Assembly (NCBI GenBank): GCA_001799615.1 | Contig: MGTU01000008.1 | Coordinates: 194,749-258,748 of the forward strand | Direction: 5' to 3' | Length of the DNA stretch: 64,000 nt | DNA from: Elusimicrobia bacterium GWA2_61_42 | GTDB taxonomy: Bacteria > Elusimicrobiota > Elusimicrobia > Elusimicrobiales > UBA9959 | Part shown: in pieces, positions 26,869 through 36,371 of the stretch | Position numbering within the stretch: the first letter of the stretch is position 1 | Layout of the letters: each line of letters begins with the position of its first letter | Translations under genes and position numbers: made by a program | Notes under the pieces: generated by a model | What the model was told of the DNA's origin: nothing | Databases searched by the model: none | Seen by the model: only the letters and a program-made list of their open reading frames with translations

Positions 26869-28164
26869 TTACGGCTTCTTCGCGGCCATGGCGGCGCGCA
26901 GCATTTCGTCCCAATAGGTGGCCCGGGAGAAGGAGAGGTATTCGTACTTGGTCTTGTAGTTGAGGTCGAAGATGGGGAAGTATACGGAGACGCCGTTGGC
27001 GTCTTTGGACTTGTAGCCCACCGCGTCGTTGCGCGCCACCAGCTTTTCGGACAGGAAAACTATGGCGTCCCTGGCCGCCTCTTTCACCGCGGGCGTCGGG
27101 CTGTTGTCGAAATAAAGCTTCATCAGCTGGTACAGGTCCCGCGCGTCCTCGTCGTCGAAAGAGCGCAGGCCGAATTTCTTCTCGTGGTAAAGCTTCAGGT
27201 CCGGCTGGGAAGCCGCCACCAGCCGCGCGAACCGGTCCATCTTCGCCGCCAGCTCCGGGGCGTAGGCGGGACGCACGATGGACATCGTCACCGACTGCTT
27301 GAGCGCGCCGTAAAATTCCGAGAAGCCCTTCATTATCGACTGCGCGGCGGCGAAAGAGTCCGAAGGGTTGGCCGCCAGCGCCTTGAGGAAAGCCTCATAA
27401 TTGTAGCCGCTGCCGGGGGTGGTTTCCTGCGAACCCACCACGTATTCAGCCGAATCCTTCAGGTCGTAAATAACTTCCATGGTCTGCATCAGGCAGGCGT
27501 CGGAAGCGTACACGTTCACGCCGCCGCCGGTCTTGATCGCCAGCGCCAGTTCGGCGGGCGAGATATGGTTGCCGGAAGGCTCGTCGTAGGAAATACCTTT
27601 GGGGGCGCCGGCCGGGGGCTTTACGCCGCGCCAGCCGCTGCCGTGTCCGCCCACTATCAGCAGGTATTTTTTGGCGGGATAAGCGGCCTTGCCCCAGGCG
27701 ATGAACTCGGCCAGGTGCTTCCAGTCGCCCATGTCGGCGTCCGGGTAATGCGCCAGCACCGGGGAATTAATGGCCAGCGGATCCGCATCCTTATTTATCA
27801 GGAACCGGCGCGAGCCGGTCCAGTCCGCCTGGGGCGGCACCGGCTCCTGCACGCTGGCAAAAGGGTTGAAAGGCGGGGCGCATTTTATGCGGCCCATCTC
27901 CACCACCACGTTAACCCGGCCGGTGGAGCCGGCGGCCTCCATCTCGTTGACGTCCTTTATCGCCTCAAGGCCCAGGTTATTGCGGGCGCTGACATAGATC
28001 AGCACGGTCCAGTCTTTCAGGGCCGCGGCGCGCGCCGGTTCGCCCGGAGCAGCCACCTCAACTTCTCCCGCGGCGCCAAGCTGGTCCAGGGAAAGGGAGT
28101 AGGCCGCAGGGGCGAGAGCGGGCAGGCAGAACAGGGCGGCGAAAAAAGCTTTGGGGGTCATCAT
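26869..28164 (-). CDS. Secreted clostripain-like cysteine peptidase (family C11)
   Basis: Signal peptide MMTPKAFFAALFCLPALAPAAYS. Catalytic blocks LLIVGGHGSGWRG (His) and VYASDACLMQTMEV (Cys). The track ORF begins 31 codons earlier (28257); I prefer Met-Met at 28164. Confidence 0.85.
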   Translation of the reverse strand: MMTPKAFFAALFCLPALAPAAYSLSLDQLGAAGEVEVAAPGEPARAAALKDWTVLIYVSARNNLGLEAIKDVNEMEAAGSTGRVNVVVEMGRIKCAPPFNPFASVQEPVPPQADWTGSRRFLINKDADPLAINSPVLAHYPDADMGDWKHLAEFIAWGKAAYPAKKYLLIVGGHGSGWRGVKPPAGAPKGISYDEPSGNHISPAELALAIKTGGGVNVYASDACLMQTMEVIYDLKDSAEYVVGSQETTPGSGYNYEAFLKALAANPSDSFAAAQSIMKGFSEFYGALKQSVTMSIVRPAYAPELAAKMDRFARLVAASQPDLKLYHEKKFGLRSFDDEDARDLYQLMKLYFDNSPTPAVKEAARDAIVFLSEKLVARNDAVGYKSKDANGVSVYFPIFDLNYKTKYEYLSFSRATYWDEMLRAAMAAKKP

Positions 28165-28321
28165 CACTATTATTATAGCCGCCCGCCGCCGGCGGCGCAT
28201 GAGCCTTAAGGGCCATCCGGACCCGGGCCTTAAGGGAAAGAGGACGAAGCGCCCCAAAAAATATTAAAATAATATGTAAGGGACGGCTTTTTCCCGTTAT
28301 AAATTTCCGGCAAAGGACACA

Positions 28322-29407
28322 ATGCTTTATTACGCGCACTACCTGAAGGATTTTTTCAGCCCGCTCAACGTTTTCCAGTACATCACTTTCAGGGCAGGCG
28401 GGGCGGTAATGACCTCCTTCCTGCTGAGCCTGGCCATAGGCCCCTGGATAATAGCGAAACTGCGCACCTACAAGATAGGCCAGGTGCAGCGCACGGACGG
28501 GCCCCAGACCCACCTGGCCAAGCAGGGCACCACCACCATGGGCGGCCTGCTGATCTTCCTTACGCTGGTGGTCACCACCTGCCTGTGGGCCCGCATGGAT
28601 AACCGCTTCATCCTGCTGCTGCTGTTCACCACCGTAGTGCTGGCCTTCGCCGGCTGGATGGACGATTACACCAAGCTGGTCAGGAAAAACCCCAAGGGCG
28701 CGTCCTCCGCCTTCAAATTCTCGCTGCAGCTGTTCACCGCGCTGGTCGTGGTCGGCTACCTGGCAGCCAACCCGCCCAACGCGCAGTACGCCAACTGGCT
28801 CTCCATCCCCTACACGAAAGAGCTGTACCTGAACCTGGGCTTCCTGTACGCGGCGCTGGCGATGATCATCATCATCGGCTCTTCCAACGCGGTGAACCTT
28901 ACCGACGGGCTCGACGGCCTGGCGGCCGGCTCCATCGTCTTCGCGGCCCTCACTTTCGCCATCTTCGCCTACTCGGCCGGCAACGTGAAGTGGGCCTCCT
29001 ACCTCAAGCTCATCTACGTGGAAGGCGCCGGCGAGATCGCAGTTTTCCTGGCCGCCATGATAGGCTCCTGCCTGGGCTTCCTGTGGTATAACGCGCATCC
29101 CGCGGAAGTCTTCATGGGCGATACCAGCTCTTTGTTCCTGGGCGGCGCCATCGGCACCGCCGCCATCGCCACCAAGCAGGAGCTTCTGCTGCCCATAGCG
29201 GGCGGCATTTTTCTGTTGGAAACCCTTTCCGTGATACTGCAGATGGGGTCCTTTAAACTGCGCAACAAAAAGCGGCTGTTCCTGATGGCCCCCATCCACC
29301 ACCATTTCGAGCTGAAGGGCATAGCCGAGTCCAAGGTCACGGTGCGCTTCTGGATAGCCGGCATAATGCTGATGCTGGTGGCCCTGGCCTCGCTGAAGAT
29401 AAGGTAA
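28322..29407 (+). CDS. mraY: Phospho-N-acetylmuramoyl-pentapeptide transferase
   Basis: 361-aa polytopic protein. NAVNLTDGLDGLA and APIHHHFEL are MraY signatures. Confidence 0.96.
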   Translation: MLYYAHYLKDFFSPLNVFQYITFRAGGAVMTSFLLSLAIGPWIIAKLRTYKIGQVQRTDGPQTHLAKQGTTTMGGLLIFLTLVVTTCLWARMDNRFILLLLFTTVVLAFAGWMDDYTKLVRKNPKGASSAFKFSLQLFTALVVVGYLAANPPNAQYANWLSIPYTKELYLNLGFLYAALAMIIIIGSSNAVNLTDGLDGLAAGSIVFAALTFAIFAYSAGNVKWASYLKLIYVEGAGEIAVFLAAMIGSCLGFLWYNAHPAEVFMGDTSSLFLGGAIGTAAIATKQELLLPIAGGIFLLETLSVILQMGSFKLRNKKRLFLMAPIHHHFELKGIAESKVTVRFWIAGIMLMLVALASLKIR

Positions 29408-29409
29408 CC

Positions 29410-30774
29410 ATGTTCACGCCGGAAAAATTCAAGGGGAAAAGGGCGCTGGTGATCGGCGCCGGCAGGTCCGGCGTCGCCTGCGCCAATCTGCTGGCCGGGC
29501 GCGGCTTCGACGTGCTGCTGACCGAAAAGAAAAAGGCCGGCGAACTGAAGAAGGCCCTCAAAGACCTTTCGCGCCGGGTAAAGACAGAAACCGGCGGCCA
29601 CACGGCGGAGGCCTTCGGCTGCGGCTTCGCCGTAAAAAGCCCCGGGCTTTCCCACGCCAACCCGCTGATAGCGGCGCTTAAAAAGCGCAAGATCCCCGTT
29701 TTCAGCGAGATAGAGACCGCGCTGGCTTTTTCCGCGGGCACGCTGCTGGCGGTCACCGGCACTAACGGCAAAACCACCACCACCATGCTGCTCGGAGAAC
29801 TCATGAAGCGGGCCCTGGGCCGCAAAGGCCGCGCGCTGGTCTGCGGCAACGTCGGCATACCCGCGGCCGCCGTGGCCGCGAAGGCGCGCCCCGGGGACGC
29901 CGTGATCATGGAAGTCTCCAGCTACCAGCTGGAGGACAGCGCTTTTTTAAAGCCGGCCGCCGCCTGCGTGCTCAACATAACGCCCGACCACCTCGACCAT
30001 CACGGCAGCATGGCCGCCTACGTGAAGGCCAAGGAAAAAGTTTTCAGGTTCCAGGACCGCGGCGGCAGCTGCGTGTTCAATTACGAGGATGCTTATTGCC
30101 GCCGCCTGGCCAAAGGCTGCCCTTCCAAAGCGCTTTTCTTTTCCTCCCGGCGGACGGGGGGCAAGCTGGCCGCCTGGGTCTCCGGCGATAAATTATTCTT
30201 TAAAACCGGCAAGGCGGCCTTCAGCGTGCGCCCGCCAAACCTGCCCGGCGCGCACAACCTGGAGAACGCCATGTGCGCGGGCCTCATGGCGCTGTCGGCG
30301 GGCGCCGCCCCGGTCCATCTGAAGGAAGCGTTCGCCGCCTTCAAAGGCGTGGAGCACCGCATAGAACCGGCGGGCAAAGCGCGCGGCGTAAATTTTATAA
30401 ACGACTCCAAGGCCACCAACGTGGATTCCACCCTGGTGGCGCTCAGAGCCCTGGGGGCCCAAAAGAACGTCTGGTTGATCCTGGGAGGGCTGGACAAAGG
30501 GAATCCCTACGCCCCGCTGCTCCCGCTTATCCGCAAAAGCGCCAAGGGCGTGCTGACCATAGGCGCCGCCGCGCCCAAGATAGAGCGCGAACTCGCCGGG
30601 GCCGCGCCCATCATAACCGCTCTTACCATGGAGCGCGCCTGCCGCAACATCCTGCAGCTGGCCGCCCCCGGCGACATCGCGCTTTTCTCCCCGGCCTGCG
30701 CCTCTTTCGACCAGTTCAGGGATTTCGAGGACCGCGGCCGCAAATTCAAAGCCTTCGTCAGAAAGTTGAAGTAA
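29410..30774 (+). CDS. murD: UDP-N-acetylmuramoylalanine--D-glutamate ligase
   Basis: 454 aa. Rossmann motif GAGRSGVA and P-loop VTGTNGKTTT. Follows mraY. Confidence 0.94.
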   Translation: MFTPEKFKGKRALVIGAGRSGVACANLLAGRGFDVLLTEKKKAGELKKALKDLSRRVKTETGGHTAEAFGCGFAVKSPGLSHANPLIAALKKRKIPVFSEIETALAFSAGTLLAVTGTNGKTTTTMLLGELMKRALGRKGRALVCGNVGIPAAAVAAKARPGDAVIMEVSSYQLEDSAFLKPAAACVLNITPDHLDHHGSMAAYVKAKEKVFRFQDRGGSCVFNYEDAYCRRLAKGCPSKALFFSSRRTGGKLAAWVSGDKLFFKTGKAAFSVRPPNLPGAHNLENAMCAGLMALSAGAAPVHLKEAFAAFKGVEHRIEPAGKARGVNFINDSKATNVDSTLVALRALGAQKNVWLILGGLDKGNPYAPLLPLIRKSAKGVLTIGAAAPKIERELAGAAPIITALTMERACRNILQLAAPGDIALFSPACASFDQFRDFEDRGRKFKAFVRKLK

Positions 30775-30780
30775 GCCCCT

Positions 30781-31920
30781 ATGGATTTCGCCTCTAAACG
30801 CCAAAGACTTTCGTACAACGTCATCACCAACCGCAGCCTGAAGTACGTGGACTACCCGTTCTTCTTCATCGTTTCCATACTGCTGGTAATGGGGCTGGTC
30901 TTCCTGTACTCCGCCAGCGCCCTCTACGCGGTGAATAAAGGCCTGGACTCTTTGTTCTACGCGGAAAAACAGGCCCTCTATATGCTGCTGGGCTTCGGCC
31001 TGATGGCCGCGGCCGCCCGCCTGGACCTGGAAAAAGTGCGCCGCTACATAAAGCCCCTGGTGATCGTCACCCTGGCGCTGCTGGCGGTGACGCTGCTGAT
31101 GCCGCCGGTAGCCCACGTGCGCCGGTGGATCCCGCTCGGCTTCATGAAGCTGCAGATGAGCGAGATCGCAAAACCCGTGCTGGTCCTGTACCTGGCCGAT
31201 TTCTTCGACCGCAGCGCCAGCCGCATCCAGGCCGACTGGCGGGAACTGCTCAGGCCCTTCGGCGTGTCCGTGCTGTTTTTTGTGCTGATAGCAGCGGAGC
31301 CGGACCTGGGCACCCCCGCGCTGCTCTTCGTGGTCACGATGGCCGTCTTCTTCGCGGGGGGGGTAAAGCTGCGCTACATCCTGGCGCCCATCGCGGCGGC
31401 CGTGCCGGTACTCATTGAAGAGCTCCTGCGCAAGCCCTACCGTATCGCGCGCCTGAAAAATTTCCTCTCGCCCTGGGACGACGCTTCCGGCACCGGCTAC
31501 CAGCTGGTGCAGTCGCTGCTGGCGGTGGGCTCGGGCGGCTGGTTCGGCAAAGGGCTGGGCGCGTCCAAGCTGAAGCTGATGTACCTGCCGGAGCCGCATA
31601 CGGACTTCATTTTCCCCGTAGTGGCCGAGGAAATAGGCCTGGTGGGGGGGCTGTTCATAACCGCCCTGTTCGCCGCCCTGCTGGTAAAAGGCGCGCGCAT
31701 CGCCCGCAACGCGCCCAGCCTCTACACCTCGCTGGCGGCCTTAGGCCTGACCCTGACCCTGACGCTGCAGGCCTTCTTCAATCTTTCCATGGCGATCGGG
31801 CTTATCCCCACCAAGGGCATCCCCCTGCCTTTCTTCTCTTACGGCGGCTCGTCCATACTGGCCTCGATGATAATGGTAGGCCTGATACTCAACGTCTCGG
31901 CCCACAGGAGCGGACACTGA
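30781..31920 (+). CDS. ftsW: SEDS-family peptidoglycan glycosyltransferase FtsW
   Basis: 379-aa polytopic protein. The SEDS C-terminal motif IGLIPTKGIPLPFFSYGGSS. In the dcw position. Confidence 0.92.
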   Translation: MDFASKRQRLSYNVITNRSLKYVDYPFFFIVSILLVMGLVFLYSASALYAVNKGLDSLFYAEKQALYMLLGFGLMAAAARLDLEKVRRYIKPLVIVTLALLAVTLLMPPVAHVRRWIPLGFMKLQMSEIAKPVLVLYLADFFDRSASRIQADWRELLRPFGVSVLFFVLIAAEPDLGTPALLFVVTMAVFFAGGVKLRYILAPIAAAVPVLIEELLRKPYRIARLKNFLSPWDDASGTGYQLVQSLLAVGSGGWFGKGLGASKLKLMYLPEPHTDFIFPVVAEEIGLVGGLFITALFAALLVKGARIARNAPSLYTSLAALGLTLTLTLQAFFNLSMAIGLIPTKGIPLPFFSYGGSSILASMIMVGLILNVSAHRSGH

Positions 31921-33026
31921 TGGCTTTAAAAAAACGCGCGCTGATAGCTTCCGGCGGGACTGGGGGACATTTCTACCCCGGCTTCGCGCTGGCGGCGGAA
32001 CTGCGGGCGCGGGGCTGGCAGATCGTCTTCCTGGTAAAGAAAGAGGATATAGCGCGCCCCGCCCTCGAGGAAGCGGATTTCCCCTACACGGAAACGGACA
32101 TGGTCGCGCTGCCGCGCAGCCTGAACCCGCTGGCCCACCTGACTTTTATTTTTAAATTCCTGAAGGCCCTGGCGCTGGGGCGCCGTATAATGAAGGACTT
32201 CAGACCCGACGCCGTGATCGGCACCGGCAGCTACGTGGCTTTCCCGGCCGCGCTGGCCGCCCGCCTGGCCGGCGTGCCGGTCTATATCCACGAGTCCAAT
32301 TCCATCTTCGGCCTGGGCAACTACCTGGCCGGTTTTTTCTGCGCCAAGGCGGCGCTGGGCCTGCCCTGCGCCCAAAGCGCTTTCGCCGGCAAAACCGCCC
32401 TTACGGGCACGCCCATCCGGGAGGCCTTCGGGACGGTGCCGGACAAAAGTTCCGCCCGCGAGGCGCTGGGCCTGGAACCGGATAAATTCACGGCGCTGGT
32501 CTTCGGCGGCAGCCAGGGCGCCCGCCGCCTCAACACGGCCTTTATCCGCGCCGCCAGATCCCTCAAAGGGGACCTGCAGGCGATCCACATCAGCGGCAGA
32601 AAGAACTACGACGCCGTCCGGGCCGCATACGAAGAGGCCGGCCTCGGCGACGCCCGGGGCCTGAAACTTTTCGACTACCGCGAGGACATGCCCGCTCTTT
32701 ACGCCGCGGCCGACGTGGTCATAGCCCGCTCCGGGGCCAGCACGGTGGCGGAACTGGTGCATTTGCGCAAGCCGTCCATCCTGGTGCCGCTGCCGTCCTC
32801 GGCCGGCGGCCACCAGAAAGCTAACGCCATGGCGCTGGCCTCCAGAGGGGCGGCCGTCTGCGTGGACGAGGGCCCCGATTTCGACGCGGAACTGTCGGCC
32901 GCGCTGCGCCTGCTCCTCGACGAGCCGGAAAAGACGGCGGCCATGGCGGAAAATTTCAAGAACGCCGGCATCCCCGACGGCCTCAAGGCCGCGGCCGCGC
33001 TGGCCGACCTGATCGAAGGGAAATAA
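31920..33026 (+). CDS. murG: UDP-N-acetylglucosamine--N-acetylmuramyl-(pentapeptide) pyrophosphoryl-undecaprenol GlcNAc transferase
   Basis: 368 aa. The start GGTGGHFYPGFALA and the block SGASTVAEL. Shares one base with the ftsW stop. Confidence 0.94.
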   Translation: MALKKRALIASGGTGGHFYPGFALAAELRARGWQIVFLVKKEDIARPALEEADFPYTETDMVALPRSLNPLAHLTFIFKFLKALALGRRIMKDFRPDAVIGTGSYVAFPAALAARLAGVPVYIHESNSIFGLGNYLAGFFCAKAALGLPCAQSAFAGKTALTGTPIREAFGTVPDKSSAREALGLEPDKFTALVFGGSQGARRLNTAFIRAARSLKGDLQAIHISGRKNYDAVRAAYEEAGLGDARGLKLFDYREDMPALYAAADVVIARSGASTVAELVHLRKPSILVPLPSSAGGHQKANAMALASRGAAVCVDEGPDFDAELSAALRLLLDEPEKTAAMAENFKNAGIPDGLKAAAALADLIEGK

Positions 33027-33056
33027 GCGGGATTTTGTTACAGGAGGACTACTACA

Positions 33057-34172
33057 ATGGAAATAGAGAAAGGCGCGAAGTGGGTGAAGTTCGACGTGAT
33101 GGAACGGTTCATGCGGGACGTTTTCAAGGGCATAGGCGTGCCGGCGGCCGACGCCGCGGTCTGCGCCGACGTCCTGATCACGGCGGACAAACTGGGCATA
33201 GATTCCCACGGCGTTTCGCGCCTGAAGCCGATCTATTACGACCGCATCAAGCAGGGCATACAGCTGCCTAAAGCCAGGTTCGAAGTGGTAAAGGAAACAC
33301 CCACCACCGCCGTTATCGACGGGCACAACGGCATGGGCCACGTGATAGCCGTGCGCGCCATGGAGCTGGCGATAAAGAAGGCCAAAAAATTCGGCCTGGG
33401 CATGACGGCCGTGCGCAACTCCACCCATTACGGCATAGCGGGGTACCACGCGCTGATGGCCGCCAGGGCCGGCATGATAGGCATAACCGGCACCAACGCC
33501 CGGCCGTCCGTGGCGCCCACCTTCGGCGTGGAGAACATGATGGGCACCAACCCGCTCACGTTCGCGATCCCCACCGACGAGAAGTTCCCTTTCCTGCTGG
33601 ACTGTGCCACGCCGATAACCCAGCGCGGCAAGATAGAAGTTTACGCCAAGCTCGGCAAGAAAATGCCCAAGGGCTGGGTGATAGACGAGCACGGCAACTC
33701 GAAGACGGATTCCCGGGCCGTGCTTAAGGACCTGGTGGCCGGCACCGCCGCGCTGGTGCCGCTGGGCGGCATCGGCGAAGAGCTCGCCGGGTACAAAGGC
33801 TACGGCTACTGCACGGTAGTGGAGATCCTCTCCGCCGCGCTGCAGCAGGGGGCCTACATGAAGATGCTGCTGGGCGTGGACAAGAACGGCAAGAAGGTAC
33901 CGTACCCGCTCGGGCACTTCTTCCTCGCCATCAACATAGAGTCTTTCGTACCGCTGCGCTCTTTCAAGAAGACCGCCGGCAACATCCTGCGCGAATTGCG
34001 CGCGTCGAAAAAGATGCCCGGGGCCAAACGCATCTACACCGCGGGGGAAAAAGAGCACCTCAGCTGGCTCTACCGCAGGAACAAAGGCGTGCCGGTGAAC
34101 GGCGAAACGCAGCGCGAGCTGCTCGCCATGCGCGAAGAACTGGGCCTGAAGCGGTATAAGTTCAACTTCTAG
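33057..34172 (+). CDS. Ldh_2-family (malate/L-lactate/sulfolactate-type) NAD(P)H-dependent dehydrogenase
   Basis: 371 aa. LGIDSHGVSRL...IDGHNGMGHV...VRNSTHYGIAGY is the Ldh_2 signature. Confidence 0.85.
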   Translation: MEIEKGAKWVKFDVMERFMRDVFKGIGVPAADAAVCADVLITADKLGIDSHGVSRLKPIYYDRIKQGIQLPKARFEVVKETPTTAVIDGHNGMGHVIAVRAMELAIKKAKKFGLGMTAVRNSTHYGIAGYHALMAARAGMIGITGTNARPSVAPTFGVENMMGTNPLTFAIPTDEKFPFLLDCATPITQRGKIEVYAKLGKKMPKGWVIDEHGNSKTDSRAVLKDLVAGTAALVPLGGIGEELAGYKGYGYCTVVEILSAALQQGAYMKMLLGVDKNGKKVPYPLGHFFLAINIESFVPLRSFKKTAGNILRELRASKKMPGAKRIYTAGEKEHLSWLYRRNKGVPVNGETQRELLAMREELGLKRYKFNF

Positions 34173-34189
34173 CCCGGGGAGGGGGAGCG

Positions 34190-35161
34190 ATGTTCGACGA
34201 AGAGGCGAAAGCCAAGGCGGCGCTGTACGCGGCCTTTGTCATTGCGTTCATAGGCTACGCCGGGATGCTCACGGGGCTCGAGCCCGTGCACAACCAGTTC
34301 TTTCCCTTCGCGCTCTGGTCCTACACGCTCTTCGCCGACAACCTGCTGTACCGCGTCACCGGGGACTCCCCGCTGGTTTCCAGGACGGAGGAGTTCCTGA
34401 CGCTGGCCCTGTGGTCGCTGGCGCTGGGCGCCGTCCTGGAGCTCCTTAACCTGCGTTTCTGCGCCTGGCAGTACGTGAACCAGCCGGCCACCCTCTCCAC
34501 CCGCTGGACCGGGATGGCCCTGGGCTGGGCCGGCGGCCTGCCGTGCCTCTTCGTCACTTCAGAACTGCTGCGCTGCCTGGGCTTTTTCCGCAACCTGAAA
34601 ACCCCGCCGCTGACGATCTCCCCCGGGCTGATAGACGGCTTTCACTACGCCGGGCTGATCGCGCTGCTGCTGCCGCTGGTGCTGCCCAGGTACTGCTGGC
34701 CGCTCATCTGCGTGGCGGGACTCCTGCTGGCCGAACCGCTGAACCGCCGCCTGGGCCTGGGCTCCCTGCTGCGCGAGTGGCAGGGGGGCCTGCCGGCAAA
34801 GACCCTGCGGCTGGCCGCCGCCGGCCTGATCTGCGGCCTGCTGTGGAGCTGGTGGAACAGCGCCGCCGGCGCCAAATGGACCTACGCCTCCGTCTTAAAA
34901 GCGGGACCGGAACTGTTCGGGCTGCCGCTTTTCGCCTACGCGGGCTTCGCTTTCTTCTCCCTGCAGGCTTACTCGCTGTACGCCCTGGCCTCGGCCCTCC
35001 GGGCGGGACAGACCTGGGAGGACGGGGCCTGGAAAATGCCCGGCACGCCCCCCGCGGCCGGGGTAAACTACCTGGCCTGGCTGTTTATTATTGTTACCTC
35101 TTATATAGCCCTCCGCGCCGTGGACGCTCGCACCATAACGATGTACATAGGCTGGATCTAG
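34190..35161 (+). CDS. Hypothetical polytopic membrane protein
   Basis: 323-aa ORF with more than 7 hydrophobic spans. No recognisable motif. Confidence 0.55.
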   Translation: MFDEEAKAKAALYAAFVIAFIGYAGMLTGLEPVHNQFFPFALWSYTLFADNLLYRVTGDSPLVSRTEEFLTLALWSLALGAVLELLNLRFCAWQYVNQPATLSTRWTGMALGWAGGLPCLFVTSELLRCLGFFRNLKTPPLTISPGLIDGFHYAGLIALLLPLVLPRYCWPLICVAGLLLAEPLNRRLGLGSLLREWQGGLPAKTLRLAAAGLICGLLWSWWNSAAGAKWTYASVLKAGPELFGLPLFAYAGFAFFSLQAYSLYALASALRAGQTWEDGAWKMPGTPPAAGVNYLAWLFIIVTSYIALRAVDARTITMYIGWI

Positions 35162-35264
35162 CCGCCGAACAGGTCTTCCGCCTATAGCATTCCCCTTGAA
35201 ATTACCCTAAAGGCCTACGCGGACGTAGGTCCAATGACCATCAAAGCCATAGGCCCGACGACTA

Positions 35265-35293
35265 TTGACATCCGTCAACCCGTGCTGTATAAC
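35265..35293 (+). promoter_or_regulatory. Promoter TTGACA-17-TATAAC of protease gene 35329, with the perfect palindrome TTGAC-atcc-GTCAA over the -35
   Basis: TTGACATCCGTCAA at 35265-35278 and TATAAC at 35288-35293. SD GGAGGAG at 35319-35325 precedes the ATG at 35329. Confidence 0.65.
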
Positions 35294-35328
35294 ATAGCGG
35301 AAGTTAACGCTGAAGTTCTGGAGGAGTT

Positions 35329-36345
35329 ATGAAAACCCTGATGAAAACAACTTTGACCCTGGCGGCGGCGATAGCCATACTGCCCGCGCTCTCCTTCGCT
35401 GAAACCGGCAAAAGTATATACGGCGACGACAACCGCAAGGACTACTTCCAGATGAGCCCGCAGATGAAGGCCATCGCGGACTCGGTGGTCTCCTTCTGGA
35501 AAGCCGACTCCGTGGAAGCCCTGAACCCCGGCGGCGTAAAGCTTAAGACGATGAATTTCGGGGACCGCCTGAACCTGTGCCCGGATGAAAAGTTCCGCGA
35601 GCAGACCATAGGCGCTTTCTGCTCCGGCTCCCTGGTAGGCGAGGACCTGGTGATGACCGCCGGCCACTGCGTAAAGACCGAGGCCGACTGCCAGAATCTG
35701 AAAATGGTTTTCGGCTACAACGTGAAGACCGACGGCTCGGAAGCGACCACCACCATGGCGGCCAGCGAAGTCTACGGCTGCGCCAAGATAGTGAAACGCT
35801 TCCTGGGCGGCGAACCCGGCTCCAATAACCCGGCCGGCCAGGCCCTGGGCCCCGACTTCGCCCTGCTCAAGCTGGACCGCAAAGTGACCGGCCACAAACC
35901 CCTGGCCATTAACAGGGGCACCAACCTTAAGAAAGGCGACGGCATCTTCGTAATAGGCCACCCCGTCGGCCTGCCCGTAAAGCTGGCCGGCTTCGCCACC
36001 GTGCGCGACTTCTCCAAGGTAGGGTACTTCGTGGCGGACCTGGACACCTTCGGCGGCAACTCGGGCTCGCCGGTGTTCAACACCAGGACCCAGAAGATAG
36101 AAGGCATCCTGGTGCGCGGCGACGAGGACTTCATCGACAGCCCCGCCGGCTGCACCACCATGGCCACCTACGCCCAGACCGGCGGCCGCGGCGAGGACGT
36201 GACGAAGATCTCGGTCCTCTCCGCTTCCATCCCCAAGCTTCCCGGCGAGAAGGTGAACAAGGGCCTTGAAATGGAAGAAGCGGTAGACATGGATTCAAGC
36301 GCGATACAGGCCGAGATGCCCTCGAAATCGGTCAGCTTCGACTAA
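35329..36345 (+). CDS. Secreted trypsin-like (S1) serine protease, paralog A
   Basis: Signal peptide. Catalytic triad blocks MTAGHC (His), DFALLKLD (Asp) and GGNSGSPVF (Ser). Confidence 0.85.
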   Translation: MKTLMKTTLTLAAAIAILPALSFAETGKSIYGDDNRKDYFQMSPQMKAIADSVVSFWKADSVEALNPGGVKLKTMNFGDRLNLCPDEKFREQTIGAFCSGSLVGEDLVMTAGHCVKTEADCQNLKMVFGYNVKTDGSEATTTMAASEVYGCAKIVKRFLGGEPGSNNPAGQALGPDFALLKLDRKVTGHKPLAINRGTNLKKGDGIFVIGHPVGLPVKLAGFATVRDFSKVGYFVADLDTFGGNSGSPVFNTRTQKIEGILVRGDEDFIDSPAGCTTMATYAQTGGRGEDVTKISVLSASIPKLPGEKVNKGLEMEEAVDMDSSAIQAEMPSKSVSFD

Positions 36346-36371
36346 GCGCTTTACGGATCGGGCTTAAGAAA

